DNA of 64,000 bases from Takakia lepidozioides (lineage: Eukaryota > Plantae > Bryophyta). Both the position numbers and the translations under genes were made by a program. The stretch spans positions 28,086,001 through 28,150,000 of the forward strand of contig CM060732.1 in assembly GCA_030704615.1 (NCBI GenBank), written 5' to 3'. Positions 61,349 to 64,000 of this stretch are shown here, in pieces (positions within the stretch are counted from its first letter, which is position 1; every line of letters begins with the position of its first letter). The notes beneath the pieces were generated by a model. That model had not been told where the DNA came from. It did not search any database and saw only the letters and a list, made by a program, of their open reading frames with translations.

Positions 61349-64000
61349 ATGAAAGGCCGAAAGCTGAACATGACACTGAAGGAGATCGCAGAGGAGAGCG
61401 CAGCCCTGGAAACCGAACACATGGCGGTGGAGGACCAGCCGCCAGCTCGTGATGAAGTTGGGGGACGAAACTGCGTCAGAGGACGACACAGACACTATGG
61501 ACACAGACGAGGCAGACGCTCTTGCGAAGGAATCCACGCCAAAGGGTAAGAACGTCGTGGAGGAGGAGGCGACGCCAAAGGTTAAGAAGGCTGCCGTTGT
61601 TGCCACATCAAAGGCATCTGGGAGTTCTTCGGCCAAAGGACCTCAGGTGATTCTCTTACTTGCCATCTTCTGTCAAGTTTCCAGGGCATGAAAATTGCGT
61701 GCGGTGGTGCACGCAATTTTCTTGCCCTCTTTTCTACTTTTTTTTGCTTGATCATTCAGAGTAAGACCACAGGGATGCAGGCAATGCATAACAACCAAAC
61801 CCGGGTGTGACCCACTTCTCACTTTTCATGTATTACATAGGAGGAGGGACTTTCACATTGCATAATGGTTGTACCATCCCAAGTAGATTAGAGTTCGACA
61901 GCTCAGAGAAGGCCATACAGAGAACCTCTAGAAATTGAGTGCGTCAACGCACGCAATTTCGGAATGTTCTCTCTATGACCTTCTCTCAGCTGTGCTGAGT
62001 TAACAGAGACATAAGCCCTGGATAGGCAGAAAAGTGAGTGTGAGAGAACCGCCAGAAACTGCGTGCGTTGACGCAATCAATTTTTGGAGGTTCTCTGTAT
62101 GGCCTTCTCTCAGCTGTGTTGTGTTACCAGAGACAGAATCCCTGAATAGGCAGAAAAGTGAGTGTGAGATAACCCCCAGAAATTGCGTGCAGTTTCTGGA
62201 GGTTCTCTCACACTCACATTCATGCCTATTCAGGGAGATTAGATTAAATGTCTGCTGCATACTTTTATGGAAGAGAGTAGATTGACTTTGGGTATGAAAT
62301 AGGCAAAGAAATGAGTACCTTTCAGAGGGTGGAAAATTGCGTGCGTTGAAGCAATTTCTGGCAAGTTTTTTACATTTGTAACCTTTCGTTTTGAGTGCAG
62401 ACGAAGAAAAAGAAAGGTGCTACACAGGTCGAGGAAGAAGTGATTGAGCAGGAACTGGTGGTTGTTGAGGAGGAGGACGATGGCAGGCCATATGAAGACA
62501 GAGCGAAAGATCTGCTTTCATTCTCAAAAGTGAATTCTGCCCAAGTCATCAAGGCCATGGGCGTCCTTGGGGGAAAAATAATGATACCCCTATGCCGTTT
62601 GATCTCCATGCCCTTCGTTCAACCAGCTCTGACAAACGACATTCAAAAGTTGGAACAGGATTTTTGCCATGGGTACATAGAGGGTCAATCTGTTTTTTAC
62701 GTCTCCTTGGCAGACTCCGCTGGCAGAGAGGTGTTGGTGGACGAGTCCATTGTTGGAGGCTGGGATCCTATCTGGCGACAGATAAACGATGAGTTCGAAT
62801 CTATCATTTGCAAGAGGCTCGTCACCCAGCCTTTCTCTGGCAAGATGTTTCATGTGTGGGATGGCAACCACCGATTGTTTGCCTGGAGGAACATGATCGA
62901 GAGATATCATAGCACCGAGGAGGAGTGGCACTACTCTGTGGCCTCAATGGTGTTGGATCCCAAGGGAAACATCACTGCACTATTGACGGCAATGCATGAC
63001 GTTAACAAGTAAGTGTCTTCTTCACCTGTTATTGTCCGCATTTTTTCCTTCACTGTCTGTTTGCTTTTAGCACTCACTGACGACACCCACTGTATGTGAC
63101 AGGGGAACTGAAGCCGCCCATGTGACAACGAACCTTCTTCACACACTATTCAGGATCTAGAATATCGGCCAGATGCCCCTCAATTCATTCAAGAGCATCC
63201 TGAGTGCGGAGTCATTCAAGAAATGTTTGACATCGAAAACGTCAGATACCTAGTACAAGCTGACAAGGGAAGCATTCATGGAGTACATGTACACTGTAAG
63301 TATTCCATCGCTCTGGCCTTCCATTGTCTGTTGTGATATTGTCAGTAACAAGTGATCTCATTCCGGATTACGTTTTGCAGCAAGAAATAGCTGAAGCTGG
63401 AGAGAGAGGAAAAGTGGAGTACTATTTGAAAAACCCGGAGGGTCTGAGGACGTCCAAGGGAGTGGCGGAAGCCATGAAGTTTACGATGAATGAGATACGG
63501 AAGAAGCTCATGAGCGCTTTCGTGAAACAGCTGAGAATAGCTGACCCTGATTTTGGTCCCGAGTTTCTTAACTAGGTGAAGATCCACTGGAACAATAACA
63601 CCAAACCGGAGATGACACGGGAAAAGCTTCACCGGTTGTCAACTGCAGTTGTGGAAGTTGACCAGAAAGTGAAAATGGTTGGAGATTGGAATTCCGACCC
63701 AACCGTCAAGGATACATACTGCTTCCCTAGGGGTGAAAGAGATGAGAACACCAGGCACATCAAACCCTTTAGCGACCAAGTTCTTGATACATGGTTGCAC
63801 AAAGCCACCTACTGGAGCCAGGTACTTTTCAGGACTTTCTGTGCTTGAAATTTTTGAGAATATCTTCCCATGAATGGACTCTAACCCATGCATATGTATA
63901 CCTGCAGATTGAAGCTCGTGCAAACAAGGTGTTGGAGAAACAGCTTTATGACTACAAAATTACCATGACCGTGCCCGAGGACACTCTGGAGGATTACTTG
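61349..64000 (+). pseudogene. Spliced gene with an acidic/Lys-rich N-terminus and a ParB/Sulfiredoxin-like domain; runs off the window
   Basis: Exons about 61349-61646, 62401-63008, 63103-63295, 63381-63821 and 63908-64000; IPLCRL...P...DIQKLEQDF..GY and FHVWDGNHRLFAW; three TAG stops and one frameshift. Confidence 0.75.

Larger units (their letters stand above)
57147..64000. mobile_element. Two-gene Mutator-like DNA transposon extending beyond the window
   Basis: Begins abruptly inside the gypsy integrase with a GC-rich palindromic terminus; contains a transposase (-) and a divergent ParB-like gene (+). The second terminus and TSD are not in the window. Confidence 0.7.

Overview
Eukaryotic nuclear DNA from a land plant, probably a non-seed lineage (inferred from PLS/DYW PPR content and TE types; the species cannot be identified from sequence alone). 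There are five host genes: a NIPA/C3HC zinc-finger gene (+, 5505-10033), a plastid-type YgfZ/GcvT folate-binding gene (-, 20495-27553), Mn-SOD (+, 34764-37181), ESCRT-III VPS60 (-, 39886-42528), and an intronless PLS-PPR gene whose E/DYW deaminase end is decayed (-, 43032-45933). They sit among nested, fragmented mobile elements: Ty3/gypsy, L1-like and RTE/RTEX-like LINEs, a SINE, and CACTA, MULE and TA-TSD MITEs. Most unusual: (1) a two-gene Mutator-like element (57147 to past the window end) with a GCM-type double-zinc DNA-binding + DDE + SWIM transposase head-to-head with a spliced ParB/Sulfiredoxin-like (DGNHR) gene, with relics of both genes also at 1-3372; (2) a 372-bp TRIM whose LTRs contain a tRNA-like cloverleaf with Pol III A/B boxes; (3) gypsy integrases ending in a PHD finger; (4) a LINE family that appears to target (CT)n microsatellites; (5) a PPR-derived minisatellite. 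All alignments were made by eye and TE boundaries are approximate unless a TSD/TIR is quoted.
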